From IMG/VR virus record IMGVR_UViG_3300037521_000133, positions 1 through 50,830 of that record: a stretch of DNA of 50,830 nucleotides. One strand, 5' to 3'. The first letter of the stretch is position 1, and each line of letters opens with the position of its first letter. Under the pieces are notes generated by a model. That model had not been told where the DNA came from. It ran no database searches and saw nothing but the letters and a program-made list of their open reading frames with translations. A program made the translations under genes and the position numbers. The DNA is from a virus. Taxonomy: Duplodnaviria; Caudoviricetes. Shown here piece by piece: positions 34,543 through 44,642 of this stretch.

Positions 34543-34980
34543 ATGGCAAAATTTTATATAGTACGTGCAGATGGCACGAAAGTACCTTTTGAAGGGTTTG
34601 GAATGCTTGCAAATGTTGAGCAAGTAACCGTAGACAAAACGTTAACTGTTGAGGATAGTGGTAAAACATTCATCTTAAATGGTGCAACTGATGGAGCGGA
34701 AATATTACTTCCTCCTGTATTCAACGGAATGTATTACAAATTCAAGGTGGGGGCAAATTTCGCAACTACTGATTGGACAATTGTAAGCACAACAAACGTT
34801 ATTCAGGGTCATGCCTTGGTAGCGGGTGCGCCTGTAGTGGCAGTAAATGAGAACACTATAAGCTTCGTATCTACTGTTGAATCGGTTGGTGACTACGTTG
34901 AAATTGAAAGTGATGGTACAAACATTTATGTGAACGGATCAGCTGTAACGGCTTTATCGATTACATTCACAGCACCATAA
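34543..34980 (+). CDS. Capsid decoration/head fibre-like protein
   Basis: TLTVEDSGKTFIL...LPP...GD.VE..SDGTN beta-rich; follows the capsid gene. Confidence 0.55.
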   Translation: MAKFYIVRADGTKVPFEGFGMLANVEQVTVDKTLTVEDSGKTFILNGATDGAEILLPPVFNGMYYKFKVGANFATTDWTIVSTTNVIQGHALVAGAPVVAVNENTISFVSTVESVGDYVEIESDGTNIYVNGSAVTALSITFTAP

Positions 34981-34989
34981 AACTGAGCA

Positions 34990-36144
34990 ATGATTTTATC
35001 CTTTGCAGAGAAATTAACTGACACGGTAGTACTCGATAGCGAGTTAACTGCGGCACCTGATAGTAAGATGTACTTCAACAGTGGGGTACATCCATCTATC
35101 ACTACGCAAAACTTACTCTCGTATTTACCGAATGTTGACTTTACCTTTGCGGATTATGTACCTGGAGACACCTACGGGAAATTCACGGATAGCAGAAACC
35201 GTACAGATCTAGTTACGTCAGGAGGTTTGATTTATCAATCGTTATCGGCAAGCAACACAGGGAACGACCCAGCGTCTTTTCCTTTGAAATGGCTTGAAAC
35301 TAACATTGAATCGCTTAGGATAAAAACATTTGCTTTAAGCTCACAGGATAACGCAATATCTGAGTTAAACCTACAAGATAGGCTAGTGGACAGTCAATAT
35401 CTGTACAATGTTGCAGAGATTGAAGAAAACGCTACGGCTACGCTCTTGCCAAATGACTATGCAGCATGGGTATTTGAGCCGAAAGGGTCTGATTATGTCG
35501 AATTCACTATTAACGAAGTCGCATTTCAGGCAACAACGGCAGTGCCTCAAAATCTGTATGTCATTAACCAAGGGGTGTTGATTGATACGCTTATACTGAA
35601 TCCAAACGCTGAAGGAAGGCTTGTGTTCGAAGACATTGATTACGTATTCTCTGGAAAGGGAAAATTCATCTTTGCAGTCGATGCACAAACAGTACTAACT
35701 AACGGTGCTACAATAGACCCATTGAAATATAAGGGGTTTGTTGTGTATACAGCAACGGGAATTGGTGCAACTCCAGAAGGCGCAGACTATTCAATAAGCA
35801 CAACAAACAACGGTTTAGGTTTCAACATCTCGGTTAATCTCGATTCGACGATATATCTTAACAAGAATCTTAAGTATTACGGGCAGTTTCTGCAAGCTAC
35901 ATGGGAGTTAGACGTGTTAAACATGTTTTTACACAACTCTCACAACCGTAGCAATAGGGAACAACGTATTCAATTAGACGTTAAGATGTTACAAGCAGAG
36001 ACAAAAGATGATAAGTCTGGAGGCTCTATTTTGTCGAAGTTCAAGAGCGAGAAGAGAAAGGCGTTAGCAAAGATAAAAACCACTTTTGACAACCAGTTGG
36101 TTGATAAAAACAAAGGCGGTCAAACAACGTTAAGATCGGTATAA
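34990..36144 (+). CDS. Head-tail adaptor-like structural protein
   Basis: Position; internal YVPGDTY...GLIYQSL...P..W module. Confidence 0.5.
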   Translation: MILSFAEKLTDTVVLDSELTAAPDSKMYFNSGVHPSITTQNLLSYLPNVDFTFADYVPGDTYGKFTDSRNRTDLVTSGGLIYQSLSASNTGNDPASFPLKWLETNIESLRIKTFALSSQDNAISELNLQDRLVDSQYLYNVAEIEENATATLLPNDYAAWVFEPKGSDYVEFTINEVAFQATTAVPQNLYVINQGVLIDTLILNPNAEGRLVFEDIDYVFSGKGKFIFAVDAQTVLTNGATIDPLKYKGFVVYTATGIGATPEGADYSISTTNNGLGFNISVNLDSTIYLNKNLKYYGQFLQATWELDVLNMFLHNSHNRSNREQRIQLDVKMLQAETKDDKSGGSILSKFKSEKRKALAKIKTTFDNQLVDKNKGGQTTLRSV

Positions 36145-36689
36145 TGGCACTTATTCAAAAAACAAACCCAGTTGGATTAGATCATAGAATTAATCAGTTT
36201 CAGCCTTTTTTATACAAAAAACTGAACCTTTCTGATTATGAGTCTTTGCCTAGGGTTTATTTGAATGAGACAGAGATTGAAGGTAAGAAAGGGTTAATAC
36301 CTGAATATTTCGAAGGAAATAAAGAGTATCAAGACATATTGTTTAATGACAATCATGCAGCGACTTCTTTTTTCTTTCGTATGCCTGTTGATTCGACACA
36401 TGAAAACGGTGTTGAAACGGCTAGAGTAGCTTTGATCTTTCAAGTTAAACTGGACAAGTTGTTTGTTGACCCTCCACATAGGTTCGATGAAGAGTTAAAT
36501 GGTCTTGTAGAAAGCGCATCTATTGGATTCTTTGGGTATAGCTTCTTTAAATTGGACAACACAGTCCAAGGGATTAGAGATGTTTACCAGGAGTTCTTAA
36601 TAGACAAAATACGATACACTAATATGCAGCATTTTTATGTTGTACGATTCGAGTTCATAGTAAAATTTAGACCGAACATGACGTGTTAA
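36144..36689 (+). CDS. Neck/tail-terminator-like protein
   Basis: Position before the tail tube; 181 aa. Confidence 0.5.
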   Translation: MALIQKTNPVGLDHRINQFQPFLYKKLNLSDYESLPRVYLNETEIEGKKGLIPEYFEGNKEYQDILFNDNHAATSFFFRMPVDSTHENGVETARVALIFQVKLDKLFVDPPHRFDEELNGLVESASIGFFGYSFFKLDNTVQGIRDVYQEFLIDKIRYTNMQHFYVVRFEFIVKFRPNMTC

Positions 36690-36720
36690 ATAATAACAAT
36701 TAATTAAAAAAATAGAAATT

Positions 36721-37662
36721 ATGGCAGTAGCAGGATGTCTGTGTACAGGCAAACTAGGAAACACTGGAATACCAGGCGGGATTAAGCCGTTTGGGATTAC
36801 TAGTGGTATTGTGATGGTTCCGATTAGAGCAAAAGACGGAACGAGAAACGGTTTAGACCGTACATCAGCAACATTAGGTCAAGATTGGCTTGATCTATTG
36901 AACAACCCAGATCCAAGTAAAAGAGGTTATCCATACCTTGACTTGAAAAATGTTGTTCATGAAGAAACGGATCCAAATTTTGAAGAAGACGACAAAGGAG
37001 AGCGTAAGAAAACAAGAGATGGTATCAAGCGTATCACTTACGAAAAGTGGGAAGTTAACGAGCAGTTTTTTGATAAAACATCCGCAGCTTGTGTTGAATT
37101 TGGTATATATGAGATTGATGATTGTGGAAACATAAAAGGTCAATTGGAAGGTGATAACCTATTTCCACGCCCAGCTAACAAGGGGTCGTTTGATGCTAAG
37201 TTCATCAATGCAACAGCAGATTTAGGATCAAAAGTAATGTTCACAGTTGATTACAAATTCATTACAAATGATGGTAATCAGTGGATGTTGTTACAATCTG
37301 ACTTCATTTCTGTAGTTGATCCACTTGAGGGTCTTGGTATGATTGATGTTCAATTCACTACAATTGTAGTTGATTCAGCAACGGAAATTACTGTTCAATG
37401 TGATTTCCAATACGGGCCAGCAAACGCACTTTTTCCGTTTACGGGAGCGATCGCGGCTGACTTCTCATTACTGAACATAACTACTCCGGCGGTTATCGTA
37501 GTGGCTACTGCGGTTGAAAGTTTGACAGTTCCAGGAGAGTACGCAATTACTTTCTTAGCTCAAACAACGAATGATGTTGTAGAGTTGGATGAGTTCAAAG
37601 CGGCGACAGGAAACCTTGTCAACGGTTTTGAAGGTATTGAGGACACATTTGTAGCACTTTAA
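36721..37662 (+). CDS. Major tail (tube) protein
   Basis: 313 aa, C-C-GNTG N-terminus, Ig-like C-terminal part; same start context as 34543. Confidence 0.65.
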   Translation: MAVAGCLCTGKLGNTGIPGGIKPFGITSGIVMVPIRAKDGTRNGLDRTSATLGQDWLDLLNNPDPSKRGYPYLDLKNVVHEETDPNFEEDDKGERKKTRDGIKRITYEKWEVNEQFFDKTSAACVEFGIYEIDDCGNIKGQLEGDNLFPRPANKGSFDAKFINATADLGSKVMFTVDYKFITNDGNQWMLLQSDFISVVDPLEGLGMIDVQFTTIVVDSATEITVQCDFQYGPANALFPFTGAIAADFSLLNITTPAVIVVATAVESLTVPGEYAITFLAQTTNDVVELDEFKAATGNLVNGFEGIEDTFVAL

Positions 37663-37672
37663 TACTTGAGCT

Positions 37673-37849
37673 ATGAGCGTGATCAAAAACCAACATTACC
37701 AACTTGATGGTGATTTTCTTAAATCCACAACTCTTAGTAAGGCTGTAAAGTCATACGATGGGATAATACCTGAAGAGATTGTTACAAAGGAGTGGGAAAA
37801 GCTACATCCGAAGTCTAAGAAAAAGACTTCAGAGGAAACAGATGATTAA
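37673..37849 (+). CDS. Small protein (58 aa, not in track)
   Basis: MSVIKNQHYQLDGDFLKS...; followed by a hairpin. Confidence 0.55.
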   Translation: MSVIKNQHYQLDGDFLKSTTLSKAVKSYDGIIPEEIVTKEWEKLHPKSKKKTSEETDD

Positions 37850-37886
37850 AAAACGGGGGCTATTTATTTAGTCCCCTTCATTTATT

Positions 37887-38339
37887 ATGGCAATAGGTCA
37901 AAGCAAGTTACACTCGTTTCTACGGCGCGGAAGGGTTTTATTTGATTCAGTCGCATGGTTTGAAGCTTTTACACCAAAAACGAGGGAAGATATACTTGAT
38001 TTGGTTCGAGAGGCACAACTTAGAGCGGAAGGAATAGATGGTGACGGTGAGGAAATCGGGTTTTACTCGTTTGCATCGCAGATAGCCAACCCCGAGAAGC
38101 AGGAAGGAACACATTTTACATTTGATGATACAGGGGAGTTTTTCCGATCAATGTTCCTGAGAGTTTTGGCCAATAGCTTTGAGATAGTTGCAGATGGTCA
38201 AAAGGATGATGATAATTTATTCGTTAAGTACGGTGAAGAAATAATAGCATTAACAGATGAGAATCTTGAAAAAGTTACGAATATGGTACGTGAAGCGTAT
38301 GTTAATTACGTCAAACGGATATTACTTGGAACTAGATGA
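37887..38339 (+). CDS. Tail completion/virion morphogenesis protein
   Basis: EGIDGDG...TFDDTGEFFRS resembles the LxDTG motif of phage morphogenesis proteins. Confidence 0.6.
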   Translation: MAIGQSKLHSFLRRGRVLFDSVAWFEAFTPKTREDILDLVREAQLRAEGIDGDGEEIGFYSFASQIANPEKQEGTHFTFDDTGEFFRSMFLRVLANSFEIVADGQKDDDNLFVKYGEEIIALTDENLEKVTNMVREAYVNYVKRILLGTR

Positions 38340-38844
38340 TTTGTCTTTGTACAGATGGGATAAGGCTAAAGTAGGTCACATGCAATTCCTTAGAAGGGAT
38401 TTGATCGAAAGCAAAATGCCGTGGTTGGTAATTCAGTTAATCAAACCGTTTAAATGGTTGTGGAATGCGTTTAACCACGTTCTAAGGCTACGTAAAGGCA
38501 TTGTTGATGCGTATGTATTCGAGAGGTTATTTAACGGACATATACAACGATTCGGACAACCTGACACCCAAAAGGATTATCTAGCATGTAAAATGCGATT
38601 GACCAAACTCAGGTATCAACGAATAATCACAGGGAATAGGTTTTTAGAGAATCAGATTGCTATTGAACAAATCAACTTACAGAATTTAGATCCCGCGAAC
38701 AAACAAGGGATGGATACAGATGAATGTTTGTCGGTGTTAGCTAAATTCCAAGGAGTTGCGGTTATACACAAAAAAGACATTACAGTAGTAGAGTTTGAAA
38801 ATTTAATGAAGTCTTATGGCAGAGAATCCAGTAGAAAAAAGTGA
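38299..38844 (+). CDS. Putative tail assembly chaperone
   Basis: Directly upstream of the tape measure gene; ITVVEF C-terminal motif. Confidence 0.5.
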   Translation: MLITSNGYYLELDDLSLYRWDKAKVGHMQFLRRDLIESKMPWLVIQLIKPFKWLWNAFNHVLRLRKGIVDAYVFERLFNGHIQRFGQPDTQKDYLACKMRLTKLRYQRIITGNRFLENQIAIEQINLQNLDPANKQGMDTDECLSVLAKFQGVAVIHKKDITVVEFENLMKSYGRESSRKK

Positions 38845-41800
38845 CATCATTAAAGGTGATCCAATTGGGGAGATCAAAACACAACTTGATTCCGCCCTTA
38901 CTTCATTGACTAAATTCGATGAGGGGTTGACAAAAATTGCCAAAACTCTCGATGGTTCATTTAAGAAAGCTCAATCTGATACTTTAAAAGGTATCAATGA
39001 TATAAATAAAGCTGAACGAGAAAGTGAAAAACTACTACAGGAAAAAATACGCACTGAGCAGACATTAATAAAATTAGATGCTGAACAATCCAAACTTAGA
39101 AAAGTAGAGGAACAGGAAAAACAGCAAGCGTTAAAAACTCAGATTGCATTTGCAAAGGAAACTGAGAGATTGGCAAAGGTTAAGGAGCGTGAGGCAAAAG
39201 CCTCAATAAAAGCTAAAAAGGCTGTAATTGACTCCTTAAATCCTTATAGACGATTAACAAAACAGGTTGACACCGCTCAGAATCGCTTTAAACGTCTTGC
39301 TGTACAGTATGGCGAAAACTCCAAACAGGCAAAACGAGCAGAGAAAAACTTCCTACGTTTAGATAAGCAATTAAGAAGGGTAAACACTGATGCAAAAGAC
39401 GGTAGACGCGATGTAGGGCGTTATGGATTAGCCACTGAGAAAATGGGCTTATCTGTTCGTAAGGTAACAGGACTACTCGCTCAGTTTGGTTTAGCTATGG
39501 GTGGTGTCGCAATAGCAAGATCAGCAGTTAAAGTAATTGCTGATTTTGATGAGAAGGTTGCAGATGTTGCAAAAACCACAAACCTCACAATAAAGGCCGC
39601 TAAGGAACTTTCTTTGGAATTGCTTAAGATTGATACTAGGACATCAATTACAGCACTACAAGAACTCGCTAGTGCAGCGGGTCGTTTAGGTGTCGAAGGT
39701 AAAGACGATATACTAGCGTTCACAGAATCAGCCGATAAGGTATTTGTTGCTCTTGGTGACGATCTAGGTGGTACGGCTGAGGAAATTGCGACAAATCTAG
39801 GTAAGGTTTCAGCTAATTTCGGATTATTAGAAGAGTTTGGAGTTGCTGGAGGTATTGAAAGAATCGGTTCAAGTATGAATGAGCTTTCGGCCAGTGGAGC
39901 AAGTAGTGCGGGTGCTATTCTGGATTTCACTAATCGTATGGCTGGACTTTCTAATATATTGGAGGTGCATGAGGTTCAGGCGTTAGGAGCGTTATTTGAT
40001 GAGAGTGGACAATCAATAGAGGTTGCGAGTTCAACACTATCAAAACTACTACCAACCCTTGCTACTGACTTTAAAGAGTTCGCGAAAATAGCTGGTAAAA
40101 CACCTGAAACATTCAAAAAAATAGCGGAGACATCCCCATTTAGAGCTTTACAGTTGGTTGCTAAAGGGGCAAAGAATAATGAAAAAGGATTATTCAAATT
40201 AACTAAAACGCTGGAATCTTTCGGTGTAACAAGTGCTAGAGCGGCGGGAATTGTCGGAACACTCGCTAATAAAACGGATCGATTAACAAGATTAAATAAA
40301 ATTAGTTTTAACGCGATAAAAGATAATGAGTCTGTTACTGATGAATTCAACAAGAAAAATGATACGTTAATAGCTAATTATGAGAAATTAAAAAATCAAC
40401 TTACAGCGTATATTTTAGGTACTGAAGGTGCGACAGGTGCTAGTGAAAAGTTAAAAAATTCTTTAAAATTCATCACTCAAAATTTAGGGACTATAATCAC
40501 AGTGCTAGGTAAGCTAATAAAGCTGTTTATCGTTTTTAAGCTTACAATGGCAGCGTTAAAACTTAAAGAACAAGTTGCCAATTTTAAGAAGTTTGGAGGT
40601 GCTGCAAAGAATGCGGGAGAAGGACTAAACGAAGGTGCTAAAAGTGCTAAGAATTTTGGTAGGGCATTAAAGGGAATTGGACTTGGTTTAGCTATCGGAT
40701 TAATACTTGAATTAGCTCAAGGGATGTGGGATGTTGTAAGTGGTGCGCAAGCAGCCAGAACAGCAATTGAAAGGTTAAGGAAATCAGTAAAAAAAGGAGA
40801 TGAATTTGCAACAGCAAGAATTGAAAATAGACAAGCACTATTAGTAAAAGCGTTAGCAGAGGAGCAACGTTTATTAGATCAAGGAAAACAAACTACCGAG
40901 GAATTTTTAGCGGAAAAGGAAAGATTAATAAAAGCAACAGAGGATCAGATTAAAGCAGATATTAAATCCATAAGAATACGGAAAGATGGAGAATTAGAGA
41001 TGCTAAGATTACTTAAACCAATAAAAGAGGGAGGACGAGTAAGAAGAAGTAAAGGTGAGCAGGAATTATTAGAGTCAATGGGATTGGCTGATCCTAAGAA
41101 ATTAGCAGGAAGGGTTGCACAATTAAAGGCAAATATAGCCTCACAAACAGTAAAGATAAGATTATACAAAGAAGAATTAGAAGGAGTAACCGAAGCCTCA
41201 AAAGATGCGATTTCAGCCATTATATCACATACTGTAACTGTAGAAGATAATACTAAATCAACAAAGAAGCTTAACACCGCGCTGGGAGAGCAAAATGAGC
41301 TTCTAAGCCGTCAATTAAAATTGCTCCATGAGATAGATCAACTAGATTTTGATGTTAGTGTGCGTGAACTTCAAGAACAAATCAACGAAGAGGTTGCGAA
41401 TGCAGCTAAAGGAGCTAGGGAAACCGCTGAATTAGATGTTGATTTTATTGAGGAATTAATTCAAAAGAAAAACGACATATTAAAAGACGCAGCAATAGAC
41501 CGTCAAGAATTTGAGATCGCTACTTTAAAAGAACAAGCCCGTATTGAGGAATCTGAGGCGTTAAGTTCTTTGGAAGACAAAAAAGCCAAACTTTTGAAAC
41601 AAGAAGGTTTATCGGCGGCGCAAAAAGAAAATATAGAAAAGCAATTCCAAATACAATTACAACAATTGGAAAGGGATCAATTACAACGTGCTGCGGATTT
41701 AGAGTTAGAAATACGACTGTTAAAGACCCGTACAAAAGAGGAGTTGATTGAGATTACCAAATCTCAAAACGCTGAGATAAACGCTGTAAACGATGAGTTG

Positions 41801-42673
41801 ATTGACGCACAAATCGAAGGTGCTGAAAAACTGAATGAAGCAAAAAGGGAGGCTGATAAAAAGGAGTTAGAAGACAAAAAAGAATTTATTAAAACCCTTC
41901 TTTCGATAGAACAAGCGATTACTGATGCGCTATCGGATCAAATCGACAGACGTATTGCACTCAAGGATAAAGAAATTTCCAAGGCTCAGGAGGCTCAAGA
42001 TTTCTTTAAGCAATTAGCAGCCAACGGAAACATTGAGGCCAAACAATCGATCAAGGAACAAATTGAGTTTGAAAAAGAGGCTCAACGTGAACGCGACAGA
42101 TTAGAACGTCAAAAAGCCAACCTACAATTAATCAGTTCAGGTATACAAACATTTACCAAACAAATCGAAGCTGGAGCTAAACCTGGCGAAGCACTTGCAA
42201 CTACAATTGTAACAACTACGGCATTAACCGCTTTCTTGGCTGGACTGTTCAATTTCTTCGAAGTAGGTACTATGAATGCACCTGAAGGAATGGCGGTTGT
42301 TGACGAAAAGGGAGCTGAGATAATTACTGATAAAAAAGGTAATATTAAATCGCTTGGTACAGGATCGGGTGCTAGATCTACTTATTTGGATTCTGGAGAT
42401 AAGGTTTATACCGCAGCGCAAACGGTAAATATCATGTCAAGGTTGGACAATGCAAGCAACGCAAACAGGATGAATAGTAAAATCGACAGTGCTGGCTCAA
42501 CGTTTGATTTAATCGCAATGGAGAAAGGTATTTCAAGATCGTTCGATAGCTCGATAAAGAAAATGCCACACAGCAACGTTAATTGGCAAAATGTAGCGCA
42601 TGGAGTAGCTAAGGTTGTAACGGACAATGTTCGTGGCAATTATGTTCAACGGACAAATGATTGGATATCATGA
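38816..42673 (+). CDS. Tail tape measure protein (TP901-like core)
   Basis: 1285 aa helical; FDEKVADVAKTT...ELASAAGRLG; C-terminal FEVGT...VDEKGAE. Confidence 0.9.
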   Translation: MAENPVEKSDIIKGDPIGEIKTQLDSALTSLTKFDEGLTKIAKTLDGSFKKAQSDTLKGINDINKAERESEKLLQEKIRTEQTLIKLDAEQSKLRKVEEQEKQQALKTQIAFAKETERLAKVKEREAKASIKAKKAVIDSLNPYRRLTKQVDTAQNRFKRLAVQYGENSKQAKRAEKNFLRLDKQLRRVNTDAKDGRRDVGRYGLATEKMGLSVRKVTGLLAQFGLAMGGVAIARSAVKVIADFDEKVADVAKTTNLTIKAAKELSLELLKIDTRTSITALQELASAAGRLGVEGKDDILAFTESADKVFVALGDDLGGTAEEIATNLGKVSANFGLLEEFGVAGGIERIGSSMNELSASGASSAGAILDFTNRMAGLSNILEVHEVQALGALFDESGQSIEVASSTLSKLLPTLATDFKEFAKIAGKTPETFKKIAETSPFRALQLVAKGAKNNEKGLFKLTKTLESFGVTSARAAGIVGTLANKTDRLTRLNKISFNAIKDNESVTDEFNKKNDTLIANYEKLKNQLTAYILGTEGATGASEKLKNSLKFITQNLGTIITVLGKLIKLFIVFKLTMAALKLKEQVANFKKFGGAAKNAGEGLNEGAKSAKNFGRALKGIGLGLAIGLILELAQGMWDVVSGAQAARTAIERLRKSVKKGDEFATARIENRQALLVKALAEEQRLLDQGKQTTEEFLAEKERLIKATEDQIKADIKSIRIRKDGELEMLRLLKPIKEGGRVRRSKGEQELLESMGLADPKKLAGRVAQLKANIASQTVKIRLYKEELEGVTEASKDAISAIISHTVTVEDNTKSTKKLNTALGEQNELLSRQLKLLHEIDQLDFDVSVRELQEQINEEVANAAKGARETAELDVDFIEELIQKKNDILKDAAIDRQEFEIATLKEQARIEESEALSSLEDKKAKLLKQEGLSAAQKENIEKQFQIQLQQLERDQLQRAADLELEIRLLKTRTKEELIEITKSQNAEINAVNDELIDAQIEGAEKLNEAKREADKKELEDKKEFIKTLLSIEQAITDALSDQIDRRIALKDKEISKAQEAQDFFKQLAANGNIEAKQSIKEQIEFEKEAQRERDRLERQKANLQLISSGIQTFTKQIEAGAKPGEALATTIVTTTALTAFLAGLFNFFEVGTMNAPEGMAVVDEKGAEIITDKKGNIKSLGTGSGARSTYLDSGDKVYTAAQTVNIMSRLDNASNANRMNSKIDSAGSTFDLIAMEKGISRSFDSSIKKMPHSNVNWQNVAHGVAKVVTDNVRGNYVQRTNDWIS

Positions 42674-44391
42674 ACAAGATTAAATATATCCTTGATGGTG
42701 TCGTATCGCACCCACGTAAACAAATCACTGACGACAATAGTGGCGTTCAATACTCTTTTGATTTTGGAGGGTCGAGAACGCGCCTATTGGAATTAGCCGT
42801 TTCAAACCTTGAGTTTGTAGGTGAGGATTATTTTAGAATTAAAAATTGGCTAAACACAAAGGGGTATTATTTAGGGATGCCAATGGACATTGAATATTCG
42901 CAGTTGGACATTGAAAAATACTTACTCGACTTTTCGGCTGAGAGTTTCAGGGAAAAAGAGGGTTTTTCTTATACAGTACCACTACGTAAATTTGAGGGAA
43001 CGGATAACTTTTTCGATAATGCTATGGGTGTTTCGTTCGCTCGACTACCATGGCAACCCGCCGACTTTGTAGATATCGACTATGTAATTGTACCAGAAGC
43101 TCAGTTTAGTTATTTCATATCATTGGCTATTGCGACTTTTGGACTTGCTCGGGAGTTTGCTAATTCAATTCAAGAGATTCAGGAAGGTATTGCAGATGTA
43201 GTAAAAGCAAGTACACCTGTGGGCTTTCCACCTGTGCCTGATTGGGGAGCTATTATAGTCGCTATTATTAAATTGGCCGCCCGTATAGCATACGCGATAT
43301 TCATAATCATAGCATTAATAAAACTAGCTATAGAAATACTTAACCTTATTTTTCCGAAAATCAGACAATTCAAAGGGGTTGGTGTTAAGCGATTAATTGA
43401 GCGTACGGCAGAGAAATACGATCTTGTATTGAATTCAACACTATTGGACTCGTTGGAACCATTAACTATTCTTCCAGCACCATTGCGTAAAAAGGAACCT
43501 TCTTGGTTTACTGAGTTGTTTTTTCCAGCGACATTGGCTTTTACATATGGCTATCCATCTCCAAAAGATGTTGTTAAGTCTCCTGGACAAGTAATAAAAG
43601 TTGTTGAGGATGTGTTTAATGCTGAGTCTGTTGTTAGAAATGGTGAATTAGTTATCGAAAATGAGGAGTTTTTCATTCAAAATGCAGCTACCAATATTGA
43701 TTTAGCTTACAACATCCAAGAAAGTATTGATAATTCGAAAGGAAATAATGCTGATGAGATATTCAAACGTATCGTTATCGACTATCCAACTGACCCAATG
43801 GATTTCAATACGTTTGATGATACTAAGGATAGTACAAACGAACAATCGAGTGAAATTATAAACTCTCCAGGTGCAAGCTACGAGTTAATCAAAAATCTTG
43901 ATTTCAGAACAACGACTTTTGCACGTGGTACTAGAAAGGGAAAATTAACTTTTGTTGAAAAGGTGGCAAAAACATTCGCTGAAGGAATAGACCTTTTCAC
44001 AGGTTCCGATTTGGCCTCTATTATTGAGGACAGAAAAAACGTTCTACAATTAGAAACTCAATACCCATCGGTTACAAAATGGCTTTGGATGAATGGTTCG
44101 AGATTGCACGAGGATCAAAATCAGTTTATCGGTGCTAAGGCACTTGAGGCTTTCCATATACCAAGACAAATTGAAAACAACCAAAAAGACACCGTTGAGA
44201 AAATGCCGTGGGCATCTACAAAGGAGGAGTTGTTTGATTTGCTGGATAATAATTACGTAAATTTAGACAACGGTAAGGTTGCTAAGGTGCTTAGAGGTAC
44301 ATGGAGCGAAGAGACACATATAGCCCTTATTGATCATGAGGTAAAACGTGCCTCGGTAAATGAAGAAACTATAGAAATAAATCCAGGATGA
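42670..44391 (+). CDS. Tail tip/structural protein with hydrophobic segments
   Basis: Follows the tape measure gene; long hydrophobic stretch WGAIIVAIIKLAARIAYAIFIIIALI. Confidence 0.6.
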   Translation: MNKIKYILDGVVSHPRKQITDDNSGVQYSFDFGGSRTRLLELAVSNLEFVGEDYFRIKNWLNTKGYYLGMPMDIEYSQLDIEKYLLDFSAESFREKEGFSYTVPLRKFEGTDNFFDNAMGVSFARLPWQPADFVDIDYVIVPEAQFSYFISLAIATFGLAREFANSIQEIQEGIADVVKASTPVGFPPVPDWGAIIVAIIKLAARIAYAIFIIIALIKLAIEILNLIFPKIRQFKGVGVKRLIERTAEKYDLVLNSTLLDSLEPLTILPAPLRKKEPSWFTELFFPATLAFTYGYPSPKDVVKSPGQVIKVVEDVFNAESVVRNGELVIENEEFFIQNAATNIDLAYNIQESIDNSKGNNADEIFKRIVIDYPTDPMDFNTFDDTKDSTNEQSSEIINSPGASYELIKNLDFRTTTFARGTRKGKLTFVEKVAKTFAEGIDLFTGSDLASIIEDRKNVLQLETQYPSVTKWLWMNGSRLHEDQNQFIGAKALEAFHIPRQIENNQKDTVEKMPWASTKEELFDLLDNNYVNLDNGKVAKVLRGTWSEETHIALIDHEVKRASVNEETIEINPG

Positions 44392-44642
44392 ATTTAGAGC
44401 AGACCATATTGAATGAAATGAAAAGCATGGGTAAGAGAGCAGCTAGTCTACTTGATGATGCAGCCGCTACCGAAAGTATGCTAAGTGGATTACTTGCGAA
44501 CCGCGATGATGTACCTAAAGATATGCTGAAACCCTTGGACGATGAATTAAAGACAATACGTGAGGGTAAGTCAAATTTGAATGAGAAGTTAGCAGATATT
44601 GAAAAAACGTTAAGAAGAAATGGCAACAACAATAGAAAATAA
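44388..44642 (+). CDS. Small coiled-coil protein
   Basis: Overlaps both neighbours. Confidence 0.6.
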   Translation: MNLEQTILNEMKSMGKRAASLLDDAAATESMLSGLLANRDDVPKDMLKPLDDELKTIREGKSNLNEKLADIEKTLRRNGNNNRK